The notes: generated by a model from the sequence alone, not told the origin. A stretch of DNA of 62,959 nt, filler included, from Aduncisulcus paluster (GCA_024181965.1; 33 parts of 33 records of this genome joined end to end with filler, not necessarily neighbours in it); one strand, 5' to 3'; shown: positions 31,158 through 43,593, counted from the first letter of the whole stretch. Numbers and translations are program-made.

Positions 31158-31330
31158 TGATTATGAATAAATGTAATAAATTTTATGCTACTGATTTTTA
31201 TTTGACATATTACATTCAATTTTGAATTTTGAAGGGAGATTAGAATCCAAATCCGTTCCAAAAAATCTTCTTTAGTTTTTCATCGTCTTGGAACCCTCAT
31301 TCACGTTTCGTAATATCATTTTGAAGAACT

Positions 31331-31957
31331 ATGGAACAAAATCGAGTTAGTGAAGCTACTTCTTCTCAAACTTTCTCCAAAGGTTACTGTGAAGGGGTGA
31401 AAGAATCTTGCTCCACTCTTGGACAAGTAATATGTTGTAAGACGGATACTGGTGCTATTTTTGCTGATAGACTTATGTCAAATACTGTATATTCTATCTG
31501 GGTGCTCCTTATGGCCATTATTAATTTGACCCTCTTTATTTGGGCCATTGTTGATGAAATTCAGAAGATAACCAAAGATAAAGAAGTTGTTCATTCATTT
31601 TTATTCGAATTTCTTGAGGTTGTTGTGACTGCTTCTCTTGGAATTGAAACTTTATTACATTCTCTCTCCCAAGGTTGTGCAACATTCTGGAAGGATTGGT
31701 TGAATGTGGTTGATTTATTCATGTTTATTTTCTGTACTATTGTTATTATTACTGATTGGGTTATTCCTGATGATTCTCCCATTGATAACGCTATTTCTAA
31801 CGCTCTTCGATTAGTCCGTGATATTCTTCTTCTAATTCGTCTGGTTCGGTATATTAATCAGGGCAGAATGACTGTATTGAGCACACCAGATGAAGAACCT
31901 TTTGATATTTTGGGTTCGGCATCAATGTCTCCTCATCAAAACCCCATGTCATTCTAA
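31331..31957 (+). CDS. Stand-alone voltage-sensor-like 4-TM protein (S1-S4, no pore)
   Basis: S2 LEVVVTASLGIE, S2-S3 FWKDWLNVVDLF, S4 LRLVRDILLLIRLVR. Confidence 0.75.
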   Translation: MEQNRVSEATSSQTFSKGYCEGVKESCSTLGQVICCKTDTGAIFADRLMSNTVYSIWVLLMAIINLTLFIWAIVDEIQKITKDKEVVHSFLFEFLEVVVTASLGIETLLHSLSQGCATFWKDWLNVVDLFMFIFCTIVIITDWVIPDDSPIDNAISNALRLVRDILLLIRLVRYINQGRMTVLSTPDEEPFDILGSASMSPHQNPMSF

Positions 31958-32535
31958 TTTTCTATATCATTGTTTCTTACGATTAGATCTATTATTATTA
32001 TTGATATTGTTTGGAATTTAATATTTATATGATATCATTCTACCATATAATACAGTATTCTGTTCCTTTTTCAACGGATTCCTCTACTCGACCTCTTTTT
32101 GATGTGGGCAGTGATAGGTTAGGTGGATTGATTTAGAGGTATACCTTTAAGGGACAACCTAAATCACGCTTTATACCTAAATACTCATTGCGAGTGAGAG
32201 GGGACCTCATTGGAAACCACGATGATTCTAGTTCAAACTACTCACATAAGGCTCATTTCAATCATTAAACTGCTTACGGAACATTAATAAAATATTAATG
32301 GAAATTTTGGGCAGAAGAATCTTCAAGATTTTCCAACTTGGAATTCTTGAAGAAGTTATTGTGTCTTCAGTTTCAGGAAAAATACGGAATTTAATAACAA
32401 AATAAATTTTATTGGCGGGTTTAGGATTTATATCAATATATTTTTGAATCATTCAATTTCAGACCTTCCTCGACTTAATTCCTGAGGAATTTCTTTTCGG
32501 ATTTGGTGACAAGTCTCTGAGGAAAAAACATAATA

Positions 32536-33183
32536 ATGATGACTTCTACTGCTGTGCGTTTTCCTCATGAGGAGGAAAAATGTGAAATGGATGATTCGTC
32601 CAAATCTGATTCTCTTTATCTAATATATGACGTTTCGCGGGAGTTTCAACGATCTATTCGATCTATGTTTCATCGTGAAGAAGTTTTTTTAGATTATACA
32701 GATTGTAACCCTAGTTTCTCATCTTCTGAAACTAAAGAGTTCGCTTCGCGTTTAATATTGGAGGAGGGTGAAAAAACTGGGAAAAATTATTTTTTTAATC
32801 CATCAACGCCTTCTAAATCTACAGATGAATATGTTAAAACGGCGAAAATGGTTTGCCTTTTTGATATAGTAGAGCAAAAGGTCATTACAGCACGAAAAAA
32901 GAAATTTTCCGATAAACTTGGACCTAGAAATGAAGGACAATCGTTTGTTTGTTGGTATATAGATTATTATCTTCGGGGATCTTCTCTTGATAAACTTGTG
33001 GAGTGGAGTGGTCAAAGTCGAACTCAAATTCTTGCGAAATTTAGATTTTGGCAACAAAATGGAGTTCCTCATTATCTTAGGGCATTTTTTATGAAGTATG
33101 CAAGTGAGAAGAAAGTTGCAAAGGACATAGCCAAAAGTTTATGCTTTGGCAACAAATTTCACAATCCTAAAGGGTCTGCTTAG
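32536..33183 (+). CDS. Eukaryotic hypothetical protein
   Basis: 215-aa ORF in AT-rich flanks. Confidence 0.55.
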   Translation: MMTSTAVRFPHEEEKCEMDDSSKSDSLYLIYDVSREFQRSIRSMFHREEVFLDYTDCNPSFSSSETKEFASRLILEEGEKTGKNYFFNPSTPSKSTDEYVKTAKMVCLFDIVEQKVITARKKKFSDKLGPRNEGQSFVCWYIDYYLRGSSLDKLVEWSGQSRTQILAKFRFWQQNGVPHYLRAFFMKYASEKKVAKDIAKSLCFGNKFHNPKGSA

Positions 33184-33358
33184 GCTCATTTAAAGCTTTT
33201 ACAGTAATACGTTGATTTGATGATTATTGCAAGGAATCAGGTGTTTCTTGTGGACTTCTGTATACTTTTCTCGCTTTCACTCGCATATGGTGATTTTTAC
33301 ATTTTAAAATGTTGATGGATCTTTAATTTTAATTCCCATATTGTTTTTGTTTTGTATA

Positions 33359-33389
<31 letters not shown>

Positions 33390-33742
33390 CCTTTTTCTTC
33401 ACACTTCTATCTAAACAGCTAGCTCCCTTTATTTTTAAAATCCTTATTCAGTTTGTGTTGGCTTTTTTATTATATTTGATCAATTTTTTTATTATTTTTA
33501 ATGTCAATGCAATGATATATGGAGAACGAAGCCTTCGCCAATTATTTCAATAAATCTCCGATTATTTTCGAAGATCTATTTTTGAATATGCATAATAATG
33601 AGTCAAAATTGCAATAAAATGAGAATTTGGAGTTATTCTCAGGATGAAATTTAAGAATCCCTTTTTCTTGGAGAAAGGAAAACTTTATTCTCTCACCCCT
33701 TTTATTTTCTTTTTGGAAATTCGATTTTAGAAATATTTTAAC

Positions 33743-34258
33743 TTGTTTATGCTCTCTTGTAAAGATGATTCATCCTTGAAATGGCGAATCACCTGTTCTG
33801 GTGATATTGTTGAATTAAAGCGTGTTATCTTGGTTGGATCTCAAATTCCACTTGAGAGATATTCTTCTATCAAAGAAGAATTGTTTCATTTTCTTGAGAC
33901 GATCCTGAAGACACTTCAACATGAAATCACTGGTATTTCATCGGTGTCATCTTTTCTTTCGAAGGAATCACGATCCACCCATCCAAAGAAATCAGATGAG
34001 AATGCCCATCTCTTGGTCTTTTATGATGAACCTGCTTCTCTATCATGGGTCATCTCTATTCTAACTCTTCTCTGTACAAATCCTCATCGAGTCCCCGAGA
34101 TATTCACAGCATTTTATCCGTTGCTCCAAGGTATTTGTGCTGTACTTTTTGAGAAAGCAAAGATTCATTGTTATTTCTTGCTCTACCTTTGCATGCAATT
34201 TGTAGCCGTGTGTTTCACGAAATGTTCGAAGACACGTGCAGAGATCATTCATTTAATA
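33743..34258 (+). CDS. Eukaryotic hypothetical protein (partial)
   Basis: Open to contig end; helical composition. Confidence 0.45.
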
Positions 34259-34358
34259 NNNNNNNNNNNNNNNNNNNNNNNNNNNNNNNNNNNNNNNNNN
34301 NNTTAATTAATTAANNNNNNNNNNNNNNNNNNNNNNNNNNNNNNNNNNNNNNNNNNNN

Positions 34359-35677
34359 GGAAACTATTGAAATATTTGCGGAATAACAATATTCTGGGTA
34401 AGATTCAAGACTATTGGTATCGCTTAGAATACCAAGCACGAGGAGCTGTCCATATTCACATGTTCATATGGATAGACAAAACTGTACCACAAGAACCAAT
34501 GAATACCACTATATATGCTCATGTCGAAGAATCATGGTCCGATGATATGAAAGCAAAGGTCAAGAAACTCCAGCATCACACGTGTACAACACGATGCCAT
34601 TCAAGAGGTCGTGGTTGTAAGTATGGATTTCCGAAACCTTTATCTGAAACAACCCATAAAAGACTACACGAGACTAGGAGGATAGGAGAGGACCATGAAG
34701 AATGGATATTCAAAAGAATCACAGAAGAGGACAGACACATCGTGCCTTACAACCCAATAATTCTCAAACTTTGGGATGCACATCATAATATCGAGCCCAT
34801 CTCGATAAATCGGACCCTCCGATATGTAACAAAATATGCAACGAAAGCAGAACCATCTCTGAGTGTGTCCATTAATGAGCCCGGTTGGAAACGGGAAATG
34901 AACTCAAGAGTGATAAGTACCTTTGAGGCTGTAATGAGTATTCGAGGAAGTCACATTTGCCAGAGTACTAGAAAAGTTATATATGTTCCCCTACTCCCAC
35001 CAAGTGAAAGAAGAACACTCTTGAAATTTTGTGGAGTTCGGAAGAGAAGAAGAGATGATCATCATCATGAAGGCGACGAAGAAGAACATGAACATACAGA
35101 GGAAGAAGTCGATGGAGATGCTAGCGTTGAACACCTTGGAGAGGATCGAATTTTTAGATATTTTGAAAGACCTGTTCAACTAGATCATCTAACACTCAAA
35201 GAATATTTTGGCGATTATGCGTACGATGTTAGAGAACGAATCCCAATGAAATATCGAAGGGATGCTCTCATAGATCAAAGCACCCACACAAAGAAATATG
35301 TATGGAAACGGAAATATCCTGCCATATGCCGTTTTCCTTTGATTCTCCCAGCACAGTCGGAACAGTACTTTTATGCCTTGATACTAAAATCCCGTCCATT
35401 TAGGAGTGAAGAAGAAGTCCTTGGAGATTGCCGTACATATCGAGAAAGAGCAATATCATTGAATTTATACCGGGATGAAAACATATATCAGCACTTTTTC
35501 CACGGTCTGCAATCCATATGTAGAGAGAGGATACTACATTTGTGCAAATCCATAGCCCGACAAGGAGAAAGGATGGATATGGTGTTGGAAGGATTGAGGG
35601 ATATAAACGAGACTTTTCATCAACCAATTACTGAAGAAGAATTGATCTCTTCTCATGCTCGAGACATCTCAGATGCC
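34359..35677 (+). mobile_element. Helitron-like Rep (HUH endonuclease) region of a RepHel protein
   Basis: YWYRLEYQARGAVHIHMFIW (HUH motif), CKYGFPK, IVPYNP, YVTKYATKAE (two catalytic Tyr), YFERP. Confidence 0.88.
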
Positions 35678-35777
35678 NNNNNNNNNNNNNNNNNNNNNNN
35701 NNNNNNNNNNNNNNNNNNNNNTTAATTAATTAANNNNNNNNNNNNNNNNNNNNNNNNNNNNNNNNNNNNNNNNNNNN

Positions 35778-35879
35778 AATTTATCATGCATTTTTCATGA
35801 AGTTATCACATATTTTTCATGCAATTTATCATGCATTTTTCATGCATTCAACATACATTTTTCATGCAATATTCATGCC
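35778..35879. repeat. Degenerate ~11-bp tandem repeat (TTTTTCATGCA-like) at the edge of an AT-rich non-coding contig
   Basis: TCATG recurs with about 11-12-nt periodicity. Confidence 0.7.
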
Positions 35880-37109
35880 ATCGTAAATCTTCCTCAAGCT
35901 GACTGTATACGAGATTGGATTCTTATTTCTTAAGTCAAACAATGTTTTAGCTTGTTTTAAGTCGTTTCCATCCTCCCCCAGAGCGTAGCTCGGAGGAAAA
36001 CAGAACGGAAAACAAGGTTCAAACATTATTTGATAAGAACATAATATTCATCAAAAAGATGAAATATCTTACTAGATATACATCTAAAAACCGCAGTTAT
36101 TAGAATAAAACAGCTGAGTATTCAATGATCGGGTCTGAAAAAATCGAAGTTTTATGAAAAAAACGATTTAATAAAATTAAAAAGAATTTAACATATAACT
36201 ATTTCTTCTTATTGCATAAAACGATAAATTTCGTTGCTTTTGATCTAAATTATTTTAAAATCGAACGAAAAACAACTTTTTTCAGGAAATCCGATCTTAG
36301 AGTGAATACGGATTTACCGACCAAAAGTAAATTCGAATTAACCCACGATTAATCCGATTTTCCCCGATGGAAACTTTTTAATATGATTCCATCCAACTGT
36401 GTGGAAAAAAACTTTAAAACGCAATAAAACTGTTTTAATTTAATGTAAAGTAATTATTATTATAATAATTATAATCTTTTACATACCTGATTTGTTCAAA
36501 ATCTTCACCAATACCATTGGAGATCGAAGTTTCTTTGAAATAACCGATTCAATAGAATATATTAAGAAATACCGGTTAAATTATTCTTGGATATTTCTAA
36601 TTTAATAAATTTAATTATTATTTTGACAAAATAAATTCAAAAATAACGAAAATCAAGAATTTTCATCACGATTTCCAAAAAGAGTGTTTAAAAACATTTT
36701 AACACTCTAAAACAGTTTTAATAATCTTTATAATAATTATAGAAATAATAATTTTACACTTTACGTACCTAATTCTGATTCGTATCGTCCCAAAACGATT
36801 CCCATTCGTATCGAAAAATATAACAGCCTAACAGTCTTGAAACTTTCTGCTTCGGTAATAAACTCATGAGAAATCATATTTCATGCCACGAAGAATGTTG
36901 ATTTTGTTCCAATGGTTGCCAAAACGACATTTTAATAAAATCATTTTATCACAGCGAAATAATCGATTAGATGATGTTTTACTCGTTTATATTCGAGTAA
37001 CATCCTATTNNNNNNNNNNNNNNNNNNNNNNNNNNNNNNNNNNNNNNNNNNNNTTAATTAATTAANNNNNNNNNNNNNNNNNNNNNNNNNNNNNNNNNNN
37101 NNNNNNNNN

Positions 37110-37863
37110 AGACATCCTTCCCCTCAACCATTGAGAACAAAGGATTGATAATGCTTGGATCGTCATATGAAATGGGAACACAAGCTATACCTCTCGTCTC
37201 GGTATCCGCTACCTTGACAAACTTTGGAAGCACAACTGGAGCTTCAGACCAGATTTTTTCTTTGGTTTCACGGATAATAGTTTCCTCAGACGTTTCCTCT
37301 CTTATGAAAATAAGGGATTGAATCGAAAAGGTCCCTTCTTCTCTTGCTTTCCCCGTAATCTCACACAGAACAACATCAGAGAGATCGACAGGAAGGAAAT
37401 ACCAATGATTACCATAAAATTGAGGAAATTTGTATTTCTTGGATGTTTTTTCCCCCTTTGAAGATGTGAACGTGAAGATGAGATGTGAAATATCAGAAAA
37501 TCCAGAAAGACAGATATGGACACCTTTCATTGGGGAAGAAGAGGGGAAAGGGATGTAAAGGTGAGTATAGGATCCAACATAACTCTCTCTTTTCAGCATC
37601 CTTTGCACATTAAAAGTCTGATCGTATGCTTCATCACCTTCCTCCTTGGTTTTATCACAGGCCTTGCTTTCAATAAAATGTGGATTCGTTATATTGGGTG
37701 AATCTCCGGGAATTGGACTGCAATATTCATCTCCATGATGAACAAATACGGGCTCAATGGTTTGAATATCATCGACACTCTCTGTAGGACTTAGGGTTGA
37801 GGGTGTATTGAAGAACTCATTCGATATTGGTATGCAATTAAAAGTTGGAATAAATTTCAACAA
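37110..37863 (-). CDS. Protist lineage-specific repeat-domain protein (partial)
   Basis: Internal repeat P.FV..G....PI..D.P.I.NP.F occurs twice; WYFLPVDLSDVVLCEI. Confidence 0.6.
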
Positions 37864-38374
37864 TATTACAAAGTGAGTCTCAGTTCAGTCAAGATAAAGA
37901 AAGAAATGGCCATTTATTATAATTAGGGATAGAGGATATCATATGTGTATAATTTTATTAATAAATTAATGAATATACATGAAACAAAAATATTTTTGGC
38001 TCCAACCATACTGCTTCAGGCTCGAGTTGATGCTTTCCTTTTACTCCTAATTTTGATTAAATGAAAATTTGTAAACCCTGTAGACAACACGAAAAGGCGA
38101 CTGTGACGTTTTATTTGGAATGATACGATGAGAAAAAGGTGGATCAGACGAGATTTCGACAATCTCTTTGTCAAGTTTGGTAGTGTTGATTGTGAGGAGC
38201 ATATCACATTTTGTGATGACATGAATGAACCTCAAGGGTTTCTAAATTTTAGATTTTATGCCCAAAATACAGCTNNNNNNNNNNNNNNNNNNNNNNNNNN
38301 NNNNNNNNNNNNNNNNNNTTAATTAATTAANNNNNNNNNNNNNNNNNNNNNNNNNNNNNNNNNNNNNNNNNNNN

Positions 38375-39400
38375 CGGCCATCTTTTCCTTTCTAAACCTT
38401 TAGTAAATGCTGTTCTCAGATGTTTCCATATCTCACGGTTTACCCGTTCGACGATGCCGTTTTCTTGATGATGTCCTGGAGTTGTGATTACCGATTCGAT
38501 ATTCAATCTTTTGTATAATTCGGCTGTCAGAGCGTTATTATACTGTCTTCCTGCATCAGATCTGATACATAAGGGCACACCATGTCTAGCTATCACCCCT
38601 TGAAGTAAAGCATCAACAGCTTCTTTTGCAGTTGTAGATTCTGATGGTATTAGCTCCACGAATCTCGAAAAATTGTCGATTATCACAATAATATATTTGA
38701 TTGGGTTTTCTTCATCAGTAGTAATTGGACCCAAAGAATCAATGCTCACCTCTTCAAATATTCCTCTTTTCATTATCGTTCCCATGATCGGGGGTGGAGG
38801 CAGAGGTTTGTTTTTCTGACAAATCGGACATTTGTCGACTTCTGTTTTTACCATTACGCGTATGTTTCTCCAATAAAACCCAGCTTCTATGATCCTTTCC
38901 GCTGTATATGTAGCACTTTAATGGCCTGCCAAAACATGAGCATGGAACAGATGTATGATCTCTTTCTGTAGATCTTCCGAATCATCAGGGATGACGATTC
39001 GTCCTTCTTGATCGTACAGGAACTCACCACTTCTGATGAGTTTCTCGGGATTTTCCGTTAACTTCTTTTGTTCAGAGATAACTTTTTCCCGAATCGAGGG
39101 TTCAATCTTCGGTGAAATAAATGATTTTGCGGTGACCGTTTCTTTAACTGGCTGATGTTTTCTAGATAAATAATCGGCCATCTTGTTATCCACTCCGGAT
39201 ACGTGAGCAATTTCAAACGTGTATTCTGCAAGCTCTAGTCTCCATCTCATTAACTTTGCTGACTCGCTTTTCAATACAAACGTCAAATTCCTATGATCGG
39301 TCTCAATTCGGAAATGCCTGCCCAAGCAAAACTGCCGGTTCTTTCTAAGACCATATATTACTGCGAACGCCTCCTGTTCAATAGTGGTCCAATTCTGTTC
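38375..39400 (-). mobile_element. Ty3/gypsy LTR retrotransposon pol fragment (RNase H-integrase) with in-frame stop at 38918
   Basis: ETDHRNL, RWRLELAEY, ADYLSR, HHCC zinc finger, IDSLGP, RSDAG, ENGIVER. Confidence 0.9.
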
Positions 39401-39500
39401 NNNNNNNNNNNNNNNNNNNNNNNNNNNNNNNNNNNNNNNNNNNNTTAATTAATTAANNNNNNNNNNNNNNNNNNNNNNNNNNNNNNNNNNNNNNNNNNNN

Positions 39501-39855
39501 AATGTGTTTTTATAAACATTTGGGCCTCCTCAAGCGTTATCGAGGGATTTACCCATAAAACATGGCTAAAAAAGTGCATTCTCTGTTCCAAAGACAATTT
39601 TGTCTTCCTTCCTCTGCTTTCTTTGTCGGATTTTTTGGCAGATTCTTGATCTGTCATGATTTCGTCTATTTTGGACATCCATCGTTGAATTGTCCGTTCC
39701 GAACGGCCCATCGTACGCATTACATCATCTCGACTGCATTTCTGAAGGATTATGCGTCTTACTATACCCCTAATGGTGAGTTTTTTGAAGTGGTGCTTAT
39801 CTAGGGGGTTATCCTTAGTTAACATTGAAAAGCCACTAATTTGATCACTTTCCAT
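39501..39855 (-). mobile_element. Tc1/IS630-like transposase N-terminal HTH region (partial)
   Basis: GRSERTIQRW, GRKTKLS, NPSITLEE. Confidence 0.7.
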
Positions 39856-40636
39856 TATTATCTTGATATATTATAAGAATAAAAAGATGGTTCCATAAGA
39901 AATTTGATTTTTTATTTTTATTTTTATTCGCTCTCATTTCACCTCTATGTTCAACATAGACAAGACGGGACAGAACAACAACAAAAAAAAAATAAAGTTA
40001 AAAGTTCTTTGGAGTTGCATACGGTACGACTATAGGAACTCTATCCTCATCTGCGGGTGATGCGACAGAAAACAGGGGGGCAACAAAACAGAATGGGGCA
40101 ATCAATGTAGTATTCGAGATGGCAATGACAATGATGGAGGGGGGAAGTACAACATACAATCGGTGTTCAAATAGATCAAATAAGATCCACTCATCAATTA
40201 AAAGCAACATTCATTCCAGTTACACGTGATTCAATCAATATGACACGCTGAGGGGTTAGAATTAGGTAAGTTGTAGGTTGGTTGTGGTTGGAGGATGTAC
40301 TGATAGTTCATCTTTGGAGTATGAGTTACTATTTCTTTATAGTAGAACTTTGACATAGGATAGAAGCCCCCTATTCCAAAGACAAGGACCACAGAGCACA
40401 AATCTTAGTATCGGATGATCAGGATCTGGCATTGTAGTTGGAGTCGGAGTTGGGTGGAATAAAATGTCATGTTCCATGAAGCATCAGGGGATTAGATTCG
40501 TAGCAGTATACAGACATATGTATACCATCGTATTCCNNNNNNNNNNNNNNNNNNNNNNNNNNNNNNNNNNNNNNNNNNNNTTAATTAATTAANNNNNNNN
40601 NNNNNNNNNNNNNNNNNNNNNNNNNNNNNNNNNNNN

Positions 40637-42106
40637 CCTTCAAGTTGATTTCTCCTTCCACCTTTTTCAGCCTCGACATAGGCACTTCTTCTCGATAACC
40701 ATTATTCAGATACATTATTCTTGCCACTGAGGGGGAAATAACTTCCTTGACAAGTACTGGGCCACGAAACTTCAAAGATTCTTTCCGCTTGTTCTTTTTC
40801 AAAGGACTTAACCAAGCAAAATCACCTTTTTCAACTGGAACTTCATCCTCGAGTTCCGTTTGTCTTCTTTTAACCTTCTTTTCCCAGTTCTCTCGGATAA
40901 TCGCATGGCGTTTTTGTAATTGTTCTGTCAACTCCAATACATAATCCCTCGCTGCTTGTTGACTCGTCGGGGTTCCTTTGAACCTTGTGAGATCCAATTC
41001 CGTTGGTCTGTCCAACTTTTCCAATGGATTCAATCCAGCTAACATCACACCAGTTCCAAATACCATTTCATGAGGACTCGTACCCAATTCTGAGTGGATC
41101 CTGGTATTTAATAAAAATTGGATGTATGGTAACTGTAAATCCCAATCATCGACGGGTGTACCGTCTGCAAAACACGATTTCAGAATTTTCATGATCTCAT
41201 AATTAATTCTTTCAACGATTCCATTGGCCTGAGGATTATAAGTCAACACTCGATGGTGTTTAATCCCCAAAGACGCCAACAAATGTTCATATAATAAATT
41301 GTAGAACTGCGATCCTCTATCAGATCGGATTGTCTGGGGGAGTCCGTAACGAAAAACAATGGTCTTTAACAGCGCATCAGCAGCTTCCTTAGCCGATGTT
41401 GACACTGTTGGAACTAACTCTACCAACCTTGTAAAGCAATCAATAAACACCATTACATACATCAGACCTGTCTTCGACTTCTTTAACGGTCCTAAGGTAT
41501 CAACAGCGACAACCTGAAATGGATATTCAGATGCAGTTGACGCATATACCTTCACTGCTTTCTTCTTCAATCGGGTCTTTTGACAAATAAGGCATGTTGT
41601 TACCGTTTCGTGAATGCTCTTTTTTAAATTAGTCCACGTTAATCCAAGGCCATGAATAAACTTTACCATAGCACTTTCTCCATGATGTCCTACCAAATGA
41701 GAACCATGGGCTAACTTCAATATCTCTTTCTTCAACTTATCTGCCTTTTCAGGGATTATCAAAAACCCATCTTTTGTAACGAATAAACCATCTTCCCTCA
41801 TCAATCCAGAATAATTCTTCATTTCCGTTTGCTGAGCAATGCGAACCTTTCCAATAAAAGAATCATCTAATTCGGTATAAATAGAAGCCAATAATTTTGG
41901 TTGTCCTTGGTGAAACCGGGATAATACATCGGCGATGATATTATCCTTGCCAGGTACATGCTCGATTTCGAATTCAAACTCCTCTAATCTCAAGCGCCAT
42001 CTCGTTAACTTGGCATTAGGGGCTTTCTGCAGATATACCAAGTTACGATGGTCCGTCTTGAGCATAAATGGTCGGCCTCTTAAGTACGATTCACAGTTCA
42101 AGACTG
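40637..42106 (-). mobile_element. Ty3/gypsy LTR retrotransposon pol fragment (RNase H-integrase), open frame
   Basis: TDHRNL, ADVLSR, H..H/CLIC, VDTLGPL, RSDRGSQF, PQANGIVER, FRGP. Confidence 0.92.
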
Positions 42107-42217
42107 NNNNNNNNNNNNNNNNNNNNNNNNNNNNNNNNNNNNNNNNNNNNTTAATTAATTAANNNNNNNNNNNNNNNNNNNNNNNNNNNNNNNNNNNNNN
42201 NNNNNNTACTAAATAAT

Positions 42218-42547
42218 TTGTATGAAACCCAAGGTACAACGGGACGTCCAGCAAAACACATCGTATCGATAGATGAATGGTTGGTTTTGCTGAAACGAAG
42301 AGGATTCAAGGTGACCAAATCGATGTTAAAGGCGAGACTCCCCAGATGGTTTCCAGACGGGAAGACGTCGCTGTTGAATTTAATCTTTGAATATGGCCAT
42401 GGAATGTGCTCATGTTGTGGACAAATCCAGCCTTTACCTTTCTCTATATGTAAGCATATAAAATGTCTAGGTCATACCGGAGTTTGCAGACGATGCTCAT
42501 TGACTGGACCACGGAGATCAATATGTCCATTTTGCAGATCAGAATAA
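42218..42547 (+). CDS. Cys-rich hypothetical protein (RING-like C-terminus), probably 5'-truncated
   Basis: CSCC..C.H..C..C..CPFC pattern. Confidence 0.6.
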   Translation: MYETQGTTGRPAKHIVSIDEWLVLLKRRGFKVTKSMLKARLPRWFPDGKTSLLNLIFEYGHGMCSCCGQIQPLPFSICKHIKCLGHTGVCRRCSLTGPRRSICPFCRSE

Positions 42548-42676
42548 ATTGAAATACAAAGTGCAATAAAATTTAGTGAATTTATCGCCCAGTTCTTATA
42601 TGGAAATTCTGTTGTTTTGAACGAATATTGAGATTGTTGCATTTTTGTTGTTCATAGGTCAGAATTTTGATCAGAA

Positions 42677-43276
42677 ATGGTGGGTCCTAGGATGCAAATA
42701 GCCGTTAAAAAGGCAAGAAAGACTAGCAGTACCGAGCAGGAGATCATTAAAGAGGGTACGCGTCCCAAGGGGATTTATTACGCTGTCCCTGAGTTTCCCA
42801 CCAAGCACATGGTACACATGGCAATTAAGCGGTACATGGGCTTCTTCTCCCGGCACCGGACCAGTAGATACTATACTGATCATGATACTGAGAGGTTTTT
42901 GTCAACACTCTACTGGCTACTAATAGAGTGTAAAGATGATGAGTTCCGATCTCACTTAGTGGATCCAGACAAGGAGCCTCTACCCCAGTACTATGAAATA
43001 CTAAAAAGGAAAGGGATTGAACCGGCTACTTTTGAGGCCAAGCTGGAAAAGTGGTATCCAGAAGGCCTGGTTCGTTTGTTTTACCACTTTTATACGAAAT
43101 GCCGGGTTTGTGGAAGGTGGTTCCGAAAATACGAGCGGCGTACGCGAATAATGACAACGCGATGCTTTCGTTGTTTCCGCAAGCATTGCAAGATTTCTCT
43201 ACTTCAAGCCACGGTAGGGGGACGGATTAAAATGGTGAAGGGCCAATGGGTATATTACATGCCCAAAACAGAATAA
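42677..43276 (+). CDS. Cys-rich hypothetical protein, apparent paralog of the upstream ORF
   Basis: Shared LKR[RK]G...A[RK]L..W[FY]P[DE]G block followed by CxxCG. Confidence 0.6.
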   Translation: MVGPRMQIAVKKARKTSSTEQEIIKEGTRPKGIYYAVPEFPTKHMVHMAIKRYMGFFSRHRTSRYYTDHDTERFLSTLYWLLIECKDDEFRSHLVDPDKEPLPQYYEILKRKGIEPATFEAKLEKWYPEGLVRLFYHFYTKCRVCGRWFRKYERRTRIMTTRCFRCFRKHCKISLLQATVGGRIKMVKGQWVYYMPKTE

Positions 43277-43593
43277 TAAATTCTTCTTTTACCGCCCTAT
43301 ATATGTGACCGGCCGCTATTGTCTATGTAAATGTCGAATATGGTTTAAAATATCTTTTTACTCAATTCAAGTGTTTTCAGCAACCTCTCGCGTGGAGTCG
43401 CGCGGCATATACAGTAGTCACCACGGTGAACCAATTTTCCACAGTCCGGACACTTATAGTACCAGGATGGTCTATAACTTACAATGACTATCANNNNNNN
43501 NNNNNNNNNNNNNNNNNNNNNNNNNNNNNNNNNNNNNTTAATTAATTAANNNNNNNNNNNNNNNNNNNNNNNNNNNNNNNNNNNNNNNNNNNN

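Noticed and set aside
32236-32262. Resemblance to U3 snoRNA box A'/A (TACTC...GGCTCATTTC)
   Set aside because: Short, imperfect match with no convincing downstream B/C/D boxes; the same 10-mer recurs at 33182.
38918-38920. In-frame TAA in gypsy pol (and TAG at 45055) as evidence for a TAR=Gln code as in hexamitid diplomonads
   Set aside because: Other eukaryotic ORFs of 300-500 codons have no internal TAA/TAG and several end in TAA; a nonsense mutation in a dead copy is simpler.
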